From Acidobacteriota bacterium (GTDB lineage: Bacteria > Acidobacteriota > UBA4820 > DSQY01), in assembly GCA_046704825.1 (NCBI GenBank), contig JBJKRE010000253.1, forward strand, positions 1 through 53,992: a DNA stretch of 53,992 nt, read 5' to 3'. The first letter of the stretch is position 1. The number at the start of each line of letters is the position of its first letter. Shown here in pieces: positions 8,407 to 16,987 of the stretch. The notes below the pieces were generated by a model. That model saw only the letters and a list, made by a program, of their open reading frames with translations, ran no database searches and was not told the DNA's origin. The position numbers were made by a program, and so were the translations under genes.

Positions 8407-8943
8407 ATGACGGATCAAATCGAAGAGAACCTGCAGCAGGAAGATGAGATGGACATCGTGGAGGAAGAGAACGAGAAGATGACCCTCCTGGTGTTCTCCA
8501 GCGATCTGGACAAGGTCCTGGGGGCTTTCGTCGTGGCTACGGGCGCGGCGCTGATGGACATCGAGGTGACCATGTTCTTCGCGTTCTGGGGACTGAACGT
8601 CCTTCGGAAGAAAGGAGCCAAGACCAAGGGGAAGTCCTTCGTTCACCGGATGATGGGACGGATGCTCCCCAAGGGCCCGGACGAGCTGAAGCTCTCCAAC
8701 ATGAACATGATGGGACTCGGCACCAGGATGATGAAGGGCATCATGAAGAAGCAGAAGGTCATGGACCTCCCGTCCCTCATGAAGCTCGCCCAGGACCTGG
8801 ACATAAGGTTCGTGGCCTGCGAGATGTCCATGAACGTCATGGGGATGAAAAAGGAAGAACTGCTGGACGGCGTCCAGCTGGCCGGCGTCGCCACCGCCGT
8901 GGCCAGGGCGTCGGAGTCCAAGACCACGCTGTTTATCAGTTGA
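8407..8943 (+). CDS. DsrE-like protein of the COG2210 ('peroxiredoxin family'/YrkE-like) type
   Basis: MTLLVFSSDLDKVLGAFVVATGAALMDIEVTMFFAFWGLNVL ... IRFVACEMSMNVMG ... is the characteristic COG2210 pattern, including the conserved Cys in VACEMS. Confidence 0.7.
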   Translation: MTDQIEENLQQEDEMDIVEEENEKMTLLVFSSDLDKVLGAFVVATGAALMDIEVTMFFAFWGLNVLRKKGAKTKGKSFVHRMMGRMLPKGPDELKLSNMNMMGLGTRMMKGIMKKQKVMDLPSLMKLAQDLDIRFVACEMSMNVMGMKKEELLDGVQLAGVATAVARASESKTTLFIS

Positions 8944-9050
8944 CCGCTGACCGCTGACCGCCGACCGCGGACGGCGGACGACCGGGAGGATATCCCCCTA
9001 TGCCCCGGAACGGCTGCAGGAGGGACCTTCAGGTCGCGATTCTTCGAAGG
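8941..9050. repeat. Copy of the composite intergenic repeat family (heptamer array plus TTCGAAGG core)
   Basis: tgaCCGCTGACCGCTGACCGCCGACCGCGGACGGCGGACGACC oligo array, followed at 9041-9053 by TCTTCGAAGGCACCG (compare 39533-39545 GTCGAAGGCACCG). Confidence 0.45.
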
Positions 9051-9163
9051 CACCGCGGAACGGTGAGCAGGAACCGCGGTGCGGGAACACGGGCGCGAAG
9101 CCTGCAGGGTGGACCCGGGGGCCGCAGGTCCGAGCGTCCACCGACCGCATCTCACTCGAACGC

Positions 9164-9199
9164 AAAAAGGGCGGCCGCCTGAGGGCGGCCGCCTTTTTA
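9164..9199. terminator. Bidirectional rho-independent terminator between convergent operons
   Basis: AAAAAG-GGCGGCCGCC-TGAG-GGCGGCCGCC-TTTTT: a 10-bp GC stem, 4-nt loop, with an A-tract on one side and a T-tract on the other. Confidence 0.8.
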
Positions 9200-9226
9200 G
9201 TGTGCCGAATGAGCGGGGCTCCGGGC

Positions 9227-10207
9227 TCAGCCCTGGGCCTTCAGCTCCTTCACCGCCTGCGTAAGCAGGGGCACGACCTCGAAGAGGTCGCCCACGATGC
9301 CGTAGTTGGCGACCTTGAAGATCGGCGCTTCGGGATCCTTGTTGACGGCCACGATCACCTTGGAGCTGGACATGCCCGCCAGGTGCTGGATGGCGCCCGA
9401 TATGCCACACGCGATGTAAAGGGACGGGCTCACGACCTTGCCGGTCTGTCCGACCTGATGCGCATGGTCGATCCAGCCCGCGTCCACGGCCGCACGGGAG
9501 GCCCCAACGGCGGCGCCGAGAAGCCCCGCGAGTTCTTCCAGGATCTTGTAGTTCTCGGGGCCCTTCATGCCGCGGCCGCCCGAAATGATGACGTCCGCCT
9601 CCGCCACGTCCAGCATTCCGCCCTCGGCAGCGAGGATCTGTTCGACGACGGCCTTCGCGTCGCCCGAGGTCACGCCGTGTTCGAGGGGTACGATTTCGGG
9701 GGTCTTGGCCGCGTCCCCCACCGGGAACACGTTGGGCCGCAGGGTCACCCCGAACGGCTTGCCGGCCTTCGGCGTCAGGGTGGCGAAGGCTTTGCCGGAG
9801 AAGATGGGCCGCGTAAAGACGACGGCGCCGCCCTCCACCGTGTAGCCGGTGACGTCGGACAGGAGTCCGATATCGAGCCTGCCCGTGACCTTGGGCGCGA
9901 GGTCCTTGCCCATGGCCGTGGCCGACATGAGGAGCACGTCGGCCCCGAAGGCGCCGAAGGCCTTGGCGACCGCCAGCCCGTACGCGTCGTTGCTGTACTT
10001 CTCGAAGATGCCGTCGTCACCGACGAAGACCTTCTCGGCGCCGACCTTGCCCAGTTCCTCGGCGAGCGAGCCGATGGACTGGCCAAGGACCACCGCCGCC
10101 GCCGAGCCACCGGTCTGGTCCGCAATGGCTCTCCCGGCCGACATGGCTTCGAGGGAGGCTTTCTTGAGTTTGCCGCTGCGCTGTTCCGCAAATACCAGAA
10201 CGTTCAT
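9227..10207 (-). CDS. etfA: Electron transfer flavoprotein alpha subunit
   Basis: [14 protein letters not shown] start. C-terminal FAD-binding signature [35 protein letters not shown]. Confidence 0.92.
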   Translation of the reverse strand: MNVLVFAEQRSGKLKKASLEAMSAGRAIADQTGGSAAAVVLGQSIGSLAEELGKVGAEKVFVGDDGIFEKYSNDAYGLAVAKAFGAFGADVLLMSATAMGKDLAPKVTGRLDIGLLSDVTGYTVEGGAVVFTRPIFSGKAFATLTPKAGKPFGVTLRPNVFPVGDAAKTPEIVPLEHGVTSGDAKAVVEQILAAEGGMLDVAEADVIISGGRGMKGPENYKILEELAGLLGAAVGASRAAVDAGWIDHAHQVGQTGKVVSPSLYIACGISGAIQHLAGMSSSKVIVAVNKDPEAPIFKVANYGIVGDLFEVVPLLTQAVKELKAQG

Positions 10208-10222
10208 TTTCGACCTCCCTTG

Positions 10223-11008
10223 TCAGATAACCTTGGCCTCTTCGTGAAGAAGCTGGACGAGTTCCTTCACCTGGTCCGGGATCTCTCCCTCCAGAACCCT
10301 GCCGGCCGGTCTCGGGGGCGGGAGTTCGTATTTCTTGAGTTCGAAGGCCGCTGCGCCGGTACCCACCGTGGATGCGTCCAGGCCGAGGTCGGCCGCCGAA
10401 TAGGTCGCGACTTCCTTCTTCTTGGCCTGCATGATGCCCTTGAGTGATGGGTAGCGGGGCTCGTTCAGTCCCTTCTGGCAGGTCAGAACCGCGGGGAGGG
10501 AGGTCTTGACGACCTCGGCACCGCCCTCGATCTCGCGCGTGCACGTCGCGTTCGTGCCGTCCAGTTCGAGCTTGGTCACCACGGTCACGGCCGGGATGTC
10601 CAGGAGCTGGGCCAGCAGCGAGCCGACCTGCTGGTTATCCTCGCCCACGCCGTGCTTGCCGGTCAGTATCAGGTCGAAGGGCTGCTTTTTGACGGCTGCC
10701 GCGAGGGTTTTCGCGGTGGCCATCGCGTCGTTGCCTTCGAAGGCCGTATCCGAAGCCAGGACCGCCTTGTCGGCGCCCATGGCCAGGGCCTGCCGGAGGG
10801 TCTTCGTCGCGTCGTCGCCACCCACGGTGAGGACCGTCACCTCGCCTCCGAGCTTCTCTTTGAGAAGAAGCGCCTCTTCCACCGCGAACTCGTCGTAGGG
10901 GTTCATGACGAAATTCGCCTCGGAGAGGTCGAGGTGCAAACCGTCCGGGGCAATCTTGACACGGGTCTCCGTGTCGGGGACGTGTTTAACGCACACCAGA
11001 ATGTTCAT
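10223..11008 (-). CDS. etfB: Electron transfer flavoprotein beta subunit
   Basis: MNILVCVKHVPDTETRVKI start (ATG at 11008, GGAGG 5 nt upstream). LILTGKHGVGEDNQQVG. 15-nt gap to etfA. Confidence 0.92.
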   Translation of the reverse strand: MNILVCVKHVPDTETRVKIAPDGLHLDLSEANFVMNPYDEFAVEEALLLKEKLGGEVTVLTVGGDDATKTLRQALAMGADKAVLASDTAFEGNDAMATAKTLAAAVKKQPFDLILTGKHGVGEDNQQVGSLLAQLLDIPAVTVVTKLELDGTNATCTREIEGGAEVVKTSLPAVLTCQKGLNEPRYPSLKGIMQAKKKEVATYSAADLGLDASTVGTGAAAFELKKYELPPPRPAGRVLEGEIPDQVKELVQLLHEEAKVI

Positions 11009-11300
11009 CAGCACCTCCTAAATGGATTCGATTACCTGCGCTGCCCCCGACGAACAAAGCTAGTGAGTACTCGCTTGCTCATCGTAGCGCCCTTATAATT
11101 AGAGCATATCATTGCTCATATACCCGTGACAAGGCCCTTATCCAGCGGCATGGTTCGGTCCCGGAAGAGGCGCCTTCTTCACCGGCTTCCTATAACGACG
11201 CCGAGGGGGAAAACATTCGGTGGTCGCCCGTCGCCGGACCGAAAATAACCGGCCGGCCGGTCTGAAACGTCACGAAGGATCGATCAGGGATTGCTGTTCG

Positions 11301-12563
11301 CTAGCGGTCGCCGGCGTCGAATTTCGAGAGCACGAGGCAGGCGTTCGTGCCGCCGAAGCCGAAGGAGTTGGACAGCGCGTGCTCGATGGCCATAGGCCTG
11401 GCCTCGTTGGGCACGTAGTCCAGGTCGCACGCGGGGTCGGGCGTGCGCAGGTTGATGGTGGGCGGCGCGATCCCGTCCCTCATGGCCTGGATGGTGAGGA
11501 TCGCCTCGAGCCCGCCGGCTGCTCCCAGGAGGTGGCCAGTCATGCTCTTGGTGGAAGAGACCGCCACGGTGGCGGCGTGATCTCCGAAACAGCGCTTCAC
11601 GGCGAGCGTCTCCACCGAGTCGCCCGCGGGCGTTGAGGTACCGTGGGCGTTGATGTACTGGATATCCGACGGGGGCAGCCCGGCGTCCTCCAGAGCGTTC
11701 ACCATGGCGCGCATGGGGCCGTCGCCGTCCTCCGACGGCGCGCTGACGTGGAAGGCGTCCCCGCTCATGCCGTAGCCCGTGAGTTCGCACATGATACGGG
11801 CGCCTCTCGCCCGGGCGTGTTCGAGGGACTCGAGGACGAGCACTCCGGCACCCTCGCCCATGACGAACCCGTCCCTGTCGGCGTCGTACGGGCGCGATGC
11901 GGTTTCGGGCTCGTCGTTTCGGGTTGACAGCGCCCTCATGGCCGCAAATCCTGGGATGGACAGCGGGGTCACGGCCGCCTCGGCGCCGCCCGAGATCATG
12001 ACGTCTGCATCGCCCCGCTGGATGTAGCGCATGGATTCACCGATGGCGTGCGAGGCCGTGGCGCAGGCCGTCACGGTGGAGATGTTCGGTCCCTTCGCCC
12101 CGTGGCGGATGGAAATCTGGCCGCTCGCCATGTTGATGATGATGCCGGGGATGAAGAAGGGGCTGACGCGTCCCCAGCCCCTCTCCATGAGAATCTTGTG
12201 CTGTTCTTCGATGGTGCGCAGCCCGCCGATGCCGCTTCCGACGGCCACGCCCACCCGTTCGGCGTTCCCGGAGGTTATCTCCAGGCCGCTCATGGCCAGA
12301 GCTTCCTGGGTGGCCGCCAGCGCGAACTGGATGAAGCGGTCGATCTTGCGGGCGTCCTTCTTGTCCATGTAGTTGAGCGGATCGAAACCGGGGACCTGCC
12401 CCGCTATGCGGACGGGGTAGGAGGATACGTCGAAGCCCTCGATGGGACCGATCCCGCTCTCACCCTTGAGGACGCGCTCCCACGTACCTTCCGCGGTGAG
12501 GGAGAGGGGCGACAACACTCCGTACCCAGTTACGACCACTCGGCGCTTCACGGGTGGCTCCAC
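11301..12563 (-). CDS. fabF: 3-oxoacyl-ACP synthase II
   Basis: KRRVVVTGYGVLSPL. Active-site TVTACATASHAIG. NAHGTSTPAGD and KSMTGHLLGAAG His motifs. The true start may be the GTG at 12551 (VKRR), with GGTGGAG as RBS. Confidence 0.92.
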   Translation of the reverse strand: MEPPVKRRVVVTGYGVLSPLSLTAEGTWERVLKGESGIGPIEGFDVSSYPVRIAGQVPGFDPLNYMDKKDARKIDRFIQFALAATQEALAMSGLEITSGNAERVGVAVGSGIGGLRTIEEQHKILMERGWGRVSPFFIPGIIINMASGQISIRHGAKGPNISTVTACATASHAIGESMRYIQRGDADVMISGGAEAAVTPLSIPGFAAMRALSTRNDEPETASRPYDADRDGFVMGEGAGVLVLESLEHARARGARIMCELTGYGMSGDAFHVSAPSEDGDGPMRAMVNALEDAGLPPSDIQYINAHGTSTPAGDSVETLAVKRCFGDHAATVAVSSTKSMTGHLLGAAGGLEAILTIQAMRDGIAPPTINLRTPDPACDLDYVPNEARPMAIEHALSNSFGFGGTNACLVLSKFDAGDR

Positions 12564-12800
12564 CTATTTTTCTACGTGGGCTTTAATGTAGTCGATTGCG
12601 GCTTGGACGGTCTGGATCTTCTCGGCCTCTTCGTCGGAGATCTCGATCCCGAACTCTTCTTCCAGGGCCATGATCAGCTCTACGGTGTCGAGGGAATCGG
12701 CTCCCAGGTCATTGATGAAGGACGCCTCGGGCTTCACTTCTGATTCGTCTACGCTCAATTGGTCGGCGATGATGCTTATCACCTTTTGTTCAACGTTCAT
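12564..12800 (-). CDS. acpP: Acyl carrier protein
   Basis: [15 protein letters not shown]...[24 protein letters not shown] (DSL phosphopantetheine site). ATG at 12800 with GGAGG upstream. Confidence 0.93.
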   Translation of the reverse strand: MNVEQKVISIIADQLSVDESEVKPEASFINDLGADSLDTVELIMALEEEFGIEISDEEAEKIQTVQAAIDYIKAHVEK

Positions 12801-12944
12801 CGGCATGATCCTCCATAGCACGAGGGGGGGATTCTACCTTTAAATGGAGGGAAATGCAAGAGGAGGCCCGGGTTGCGCGCTGGCCAACCAGCGAGGCAAA
12901 CTGTAAAATGAGGATCCGCGGACAGGGAAAGCAGGAGGAACCCG

Positions 12945-13628
12945 ATGGGACACAGGGCGGCGGTTATCGAGGACGAAAGGGACATTCAGGAAACCCTCTG
13001 CTACGCACTCGAGCGCGAGGGCTACGAGGTCGACGGCTTCGGCGACGGTGCCACGGCCCTTCTGGCTTTCCGGGACCGCGTCCCGGACGTCGTCATCATC
13101 GACTGGATGCTCCCCGGCATGTCCGGCGTGGACCTGTGCAGGATCCTCCGCGGCGACCAGCGCTTCAGCAAAACGGGATTGCTGATCCTCACGGCGCGGG
13201 GCACCGAGATGGACGTGGTGGCCGGCCTCAGTTCGGGCGCGGACGACTACGTGATCAAACCCTTCCGGACCCGCGAACTGCTGGCCAGGGTGAAGGCCAT
13301 CCTGAGACGGTACACGGCCGAGCCGGACGCCTCCAACATCAAGCGCGTGGGGGGCATCTGGCTGGACACTGCCACCTACCGGTCCGGTTCGGGCGACACG
13401 GTGTTCGACCTTACCCCCACGGAGTTCAAGATTCTCGAGCTGCTCGTCCGCCACCCCGGCAGGGTGTACTCACGGGGCCAGATCCTGAACAACCTCTGGC
13501 CGGATGACAAGGCCGTCGAGGACCGGGCCGTGGACGTTCACATCGCGCGGCTGCCCGACAAGATGGGACAGGAGAGCGGCAGGGTCGAGTCGGTCCGTGG
13601 CGTGGGCTACCGGCTGAGGGCCGAATAA
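12945..13628 (+). CDS. OmpR/PhoB-family response regulator
   Basis: Receiver domain VVIIDWMLPGMSG, ILTARG, DDYVIKPF. Winged-helix output LTPTEFKILELLVRHPGRVYSRGQIL...VDVHIARL..K....VRGVGYRL. Confidence 0.9.
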   Translation: MGHRAAVIEDERDIQETLCYALEREGYEVDGFGDGATALLAFRDRVPDVVIIDWMLPGMSGVDLCRILRGDQRFSKTGLLILTARGTEMDVVAGLSSGADDYVIKPFRTRELLARVKAILRRYTAEPDASNIKRVGGIWLDTATYRSGSGDTVFDLTPTEFKILELLVRHPGRVYSRGQILNNLWPDDKAVEDRAVDVHIARLPDKMGQESGRVESVRGVGYRLRAE

Positions 13629-14986
13629 TGAGGTATTTCAGGCGCTTCCTCCTGCTCATCGCCTCGGTGATACTGCTCTTCGTGTGGCCGGGCGGCGTGG
13701 AGGGCACAGCGGCGTGGCTGGTCAGAATCCTGGTCGTCGTGGCCGCGGCGGCCATCGCCACCCACTGGGCAGTGGCCCCCTGGAAGGAGTTCGAGGTCGC
13801 CGCGTCCAGGGTCCAGGACGGCGACTTCGCCGCCAGGCTCGACGACATTTCTCCGGGAGACCTGGTCACGCCCTCCAGGACGTTCAACTCCATGGCCCAC
13901 AACCTGTTCAGGTCCCTGGAACTGGCCAGGCAGAGGGAGCAGAGGCTCATGGCCGTGCTGGCGGCCACGGACCGGGCGATCCTGGTGCTCGACCGCGACG
14001 GCGAAGTCGTCCTGTCCAGCCCCGTCACCTTCAACCTTTTCCCGCGCTTCAGCGAGAAGGGCGGCGTTCCGAGCCTCGCCCTTCCGGGCATGGGGCAACT
14101 GATAGAAGACGCCCAGCAGAACCGGGAGACCCGGCGCAAAAAGATCGAGGAGGGCGAGCGCGGGCGGGGTCGCGTCTTCGTGGCACAGGTGACGCCGCTC
14201 CAGAAGGAGGGCGCGGTCATATATTTAAGAGACATCACGCAGGAAGCCCACCTGGAGAGGATGAAGGCCGACCTCGTGGCGAACGTCTCGCACGAACTGC
14301 GGACCCCCCTCACGGCCTTGAGTTCCCTCAGCGAGACCCTGGCCGACGACGGCCTCCCGCCCGATCGGCGCACCTACTTCTCCCAGCGGCTCGAACACCA
14401 GATCACCAGGATGCGGGCGCTCGTCGACGACCTTCTCTCGCTCTCGCGACTGGAGGCCGAAGAGATGACCGCCCAGGCCGAGCGGGTCTCGCTCTCCGCC
14501 TTCTGTTCCGACCTGATCAAGAGCCTCCAGCCCCTCGCAGAGTCCACGTCGGTCAGGCTCTCGGTGGACTGCCCGGACACGTGCGTCGCATATACGGACC
14601 GCGGTCTCCTCGAGATGGCCGTGCGCAACCTCGTGGACAACGGCATCCGTTACAACCGCCCCGGCGGACAGGTCCGGCTGATGTGCCTCCAGGAGGACGG
14701 GAGCCTGAGGCTCCAGGTGGAAGATACGGGGGAGGGCATCCCCAACCAGCACCTCACGCGGATTTTCGAGCGTTTCTACCGGGTCGACCCGCACCGCTCC
14801 AGGGAGCGCGGCGGAACGGGGCTGGGCCTGGCCATCGTCAAACACGCAGTCAACAAGCTCGGCGGCGAGATCGAAGTCCACAGCACGGTGGGCAAGGGCA
14901 GTACGTTCACCCTCCGGCTCCCCGCCGAGGGGCCCGAAAAAGAGAGAGAACCCGCGCCCCCGGACCGCAATGAGGACCCCACCTGA
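13628..14986 (+). CDS. Sensor histidine kinase (TM-HAMP-PAS-HisKA-HATPase), cognate to the preceding regulator
   Basis: TAATG overlap. H-box NVSHELRTPLTAL. N/G boxes VDNGIRYN, VEDTGEGI, GGTGLGLAIVKH. Confidence 0.9.
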   Translation: MRYFRRFLLLIASVILLFVWPGGVEGTAAWLVRILVVVAAAAIATHWAVAPWKEFEVAASRVQDGDFAARLDDISPGDLVTPSRTFNSMAHNLFRSLELARQREQRLMAVLAATDRAILVLDRDGEVVLSSPVTFNLFPRFSEKGGVPSLALPGMGQLIEDAQQNRETRRKKIEEGERGRGRVFVAQVTPLQKEGAVIYLRDITQEAHLERMKADLVANVSHELRTPLTALSSLSETLADDGLPPDRRTYFSQRLEHQITRMRALVDDLLSLSRLEAEEMTAQAERVSLSAFCSDLIKSLQPLAESTSVRLSVDCPDTCVAYTDRGLLEMAVRNLVDNGIRYNRPGGQVRLMCLQEDGSLRLQVEDTGEGIPNQHLTRIFERFYRVDPHRSRERGGTGLGLAIVKHAVNKLGGEIEVHSTVGKGSTFTLRLPAEGPEKEREPAPPDRNEDPT

Positions 14987-15038
14987 CAGACGGGTGACGC
15001 CGCACAGGCCCGTGGCCGCCGCCGGAGGGAACACGTTC

Positions 15039-15791
15039 ATGGCATCGTGGAGGAGCAGTCTCCGTGGCATCTGGGGCGAACACGGCGCCTGGGCCGTCGT
15101 CCTCTCCTGCTACGCCTCCGGTGTGATCATCGCGTGGCCTCCGGCCGCGGCTTCGATACTGCTGCTTCCGGCCGTCGTCTTCCTGACGGGCGGCAAGGGC
15201 CTCGCTCAAAAGGTCCGCAGGACGGGGCGGGGACGGATCTGGCTCGCGATCTTCGGCACGGCAGGCGTTGCATCGGTCCTTCCAACGGCCGTCGTTGCCC
15301 CGCTGGGGTTCGCGGCCGTGGCGGCCCTGTCGGTCCCCTTCCTGGGTGCCTATTTCCTCATGGCCGGCTCGCCCAGGCTGACGCGGTCCCTCGCCGTCGA
15401 ACTGTACGGGACCGCGCTGCTGGGCACGGTGTCCGGCCTGGCTTACCTCGGGTCGAATCCGGAGGACCTGAAGAATGCGGCGCTCGCGTGGCCGCTTTTC
15501 GTATGCCTCTTTCTGCCCGGAGTGCTCAGGGCTCGGCTTCCCAAGACACCGACGGTCCCCCTGCGCACGGCCTGCATCCTCCTGGCGGCATGCGGGGCGG
15601 CCCTCGTGGTCGCCTACGGCCTGGCCGGCCGCGTGGCCTGGTGGGGTGTGCCCGCCGGACTGGTGTTCCTCGAAGACGTCCGGGGAGCCTTCGTCATACC
15701 CGGTTGGACGACCAAGCGCCTGGGCGTCGTGTTGACCGTCAGGAATTCCCTCGCCTGCCTGGTGCTCGCGGCCGCCTGGCTGGCTGCCTGA
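15039..15791 (+). CDS. YwiC-like integral membrane protein
   Basis: ATG at 15039. GEHGAWAVVLSCYASGVII plus about 7 further hydrophobic segments. Pattern recalled from the YwiC-like family (PF14256). Confidence 0.55.
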   Translation: MASWRSSLRGIWGEHGAWAVVLSCYASGVIIAWPPAAASILLLPAVVFLTGGKGLAQKVRRTGRGRIWLAIFGTAGVASVLPTAVVAPLGFAAVAALSVPFLGAYFLMAGSPRLTRSLAVELYGTALLGTVSGLAYLGSNPEDLKNAALAWPLFVCLFLPGVLRARLPKTPTVPLRTACILLAACGAALVVAYGLAGRVAWWGVPAGLVFLEDVRGAFVIPGWTTKRLGVVLTVRNSLACLVLAAAWLAA

Positions 15792-15850
15792 AGACAGCGC
15801 CGCGTGCGTTCCTGCGTTCGGGGGCGCACATCACCCACTGAGGAGGTACC

Positions 15851-16021
15851 ATGACCCCTGCCGAAAACGAAGCAAAAGACGAACAGGCTGCGTGCATGTT
15901 CTGCGGCAACGGCGACTCGAAGATCCCGCTCATTCCCCTGCGCTACCAGGGCGGTGAGGCGTTCATCTGTCCGCGCTGCCTGCCGCGCCTCATCCACCCT
16001 GAGCGTCGCCACGGTGATTGA
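15851..16021 (+). CDS. Small C4 zinc-ribbon protein (56 aa), ClpX-type zinc-finger-like; not in ORF track
   Basis: AGGAGG (15841-15846) 4 nt before the ATG. MTPAENEAKDEQAACMFCGNGDSKIPLIPLRYQGGEAFICPRCLPRLIHPERRHGD. CxFCG...x20..ICxxC resembles the ClpX N-terminal zinc-binding domain. Confidence 0.5.
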   Translation: MTPAENEAKDEQAACMFCGNGDSKIPLIPLRYQGGEAFICPRCLPRLIHPERRHGD

Positions 16022-16086
16022 CCGGTCCGGGCCGCCCTTTTTCTTTTGCCCAAAGGTGTCTAGAATGGCCCAAAAGGAGGGCCTCC

Positions 16087-16491
16087 ATGGATCAGGAAAT
16101 CGTCAAACTACTGCACGATGCGCAGGACGTAGCCGTGGTGGGCATTTCCGACAAGCCCGAACGTGACAGCCACGCAGTGGCGGCGTTCCTGCAGGACCTC
16201 GGCTACCACATCGTACCCATCAACCCCCGGCTCACCGAGGTGCTCGGCGAAAGGTGCTATCCCAGCCTGGCAGACTACGGAAAGGCCGTGGACATCGTGG
16301 ACATCTTCCGGAAACCCGAGGCCGTGCCCCCCATCGTGGACGAGGCCATATCGACGGGCGCGAAGGCCGTATGGATGCAGGAGGGCATACGCCACGAAGA
16401 AGCGGCCCGGAAGGCACAGGACGCCGGCCTCACGGTGATCCAGGACGAGTGCATCAAGAAGGTCCTCGCGGCACTGGGAGGCCGGCCGTGA
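16087..16491 (+). CDS. CoA-binding domain protein (YccU/YneT-like)
   Basis: ATG at 16087 after AAGGAGG. VAVVGISDKPERDSHAVAAFLQDLGYHIVPINP ... VDIFR ... GAKAVWMQEG. Confidence 0.85.
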   Translation: MDQEIVKLLHDAQDVAVVGISDKPERDSHAVAAFLQDLGYHIVPINPRLTEVLGERCYPSLADYGKAVDIVDIFRKPEAVPPIVDEAISTGAKAVWMQEGIRHEEAARKAQDAGLTVIQDECIKKVLAALGGRP

Positions 16492-16928
16492 ACCGGCGGA
16501 GGACGCTCGCCATACTGACAGGCACGGTTCTGGGACTGGCTCTTCTGGCCGCCGTCCCGGTACACAGGCTCGAAGCCAGCGGCAGCCACGGGTGGATCCG
16601 GTTCAGAGGGACCGGCAAGGTCGTCATTTCGGGCCGGGGCACCTTTATCGTCAAGAACCGTTCCAACCTCCTGCTGACCATCCACGGCACGTGGGGAAAG
16701 AAGAAGACCTACGCCGACTCCGTCACGTACACCCACTTCAAGGGCAGCGTGGAATCGATGGGGCCCGCTGGCATCCTCGAGATGAGGGGCTGGGACCTGG
16801 CCCTGTCGGTGAAGGGCCGGGGCAAGGCGTGGTTCCGGGGTGAGGGGACCTACAGCCTGGACGGGGCGCCGGCCAAGCCGTGGGTCAACGACATGACAAA
16901 GTGGGCCAAGGTGAAATTCACACACTGA
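16488..16928 (+). CDS. Secreted hypothetical protein (146 aa)
   Basis: GTG at 16488 overlaps the upstream stop (GTGA). N-terminus VNRRRTLAILTGTVLGLALLAAVPVHRLEA is signal-peptide-like. No recognisable domain. Confidence 0.5.
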   Translation: MNRRRTLAILTGTVLGLALLAAVPVHRLEASGSHGWIRFRGTGKVVISGRGTFIVKNRSNLLLTIHGTWGKKKTYADSVTYTHFKGSVESMGPAGILEMRGWDLALSVKGRGKAWFRGEGTYSLDGAPAKPWVNDMTKWAKVKFTH

Positions 16929-16987
16929 CCGGCCGGTCGTAACGGCCGGTGCCCGCATTCGGCGGATAACGGGAGGCTAGGGGGACC

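Noticed and set aside
10734-10743. CCTTCGAAGG inside etfB as another copy of the repeat family
   Set aside because: It lies in-frame within a conserved coding region and lacks the flanking oligo arrays and the terminus. It is a chance occurrence of a 10-mer in GC-rich coding DNA.
12945-14986. Naming the OmpR-family pair PhoB/PhoR
   Set aside because: Sequence similarity is only at family level. No pst/phoU genes or Pho-box-like repeats are nearby, so only the generic family call is supported.
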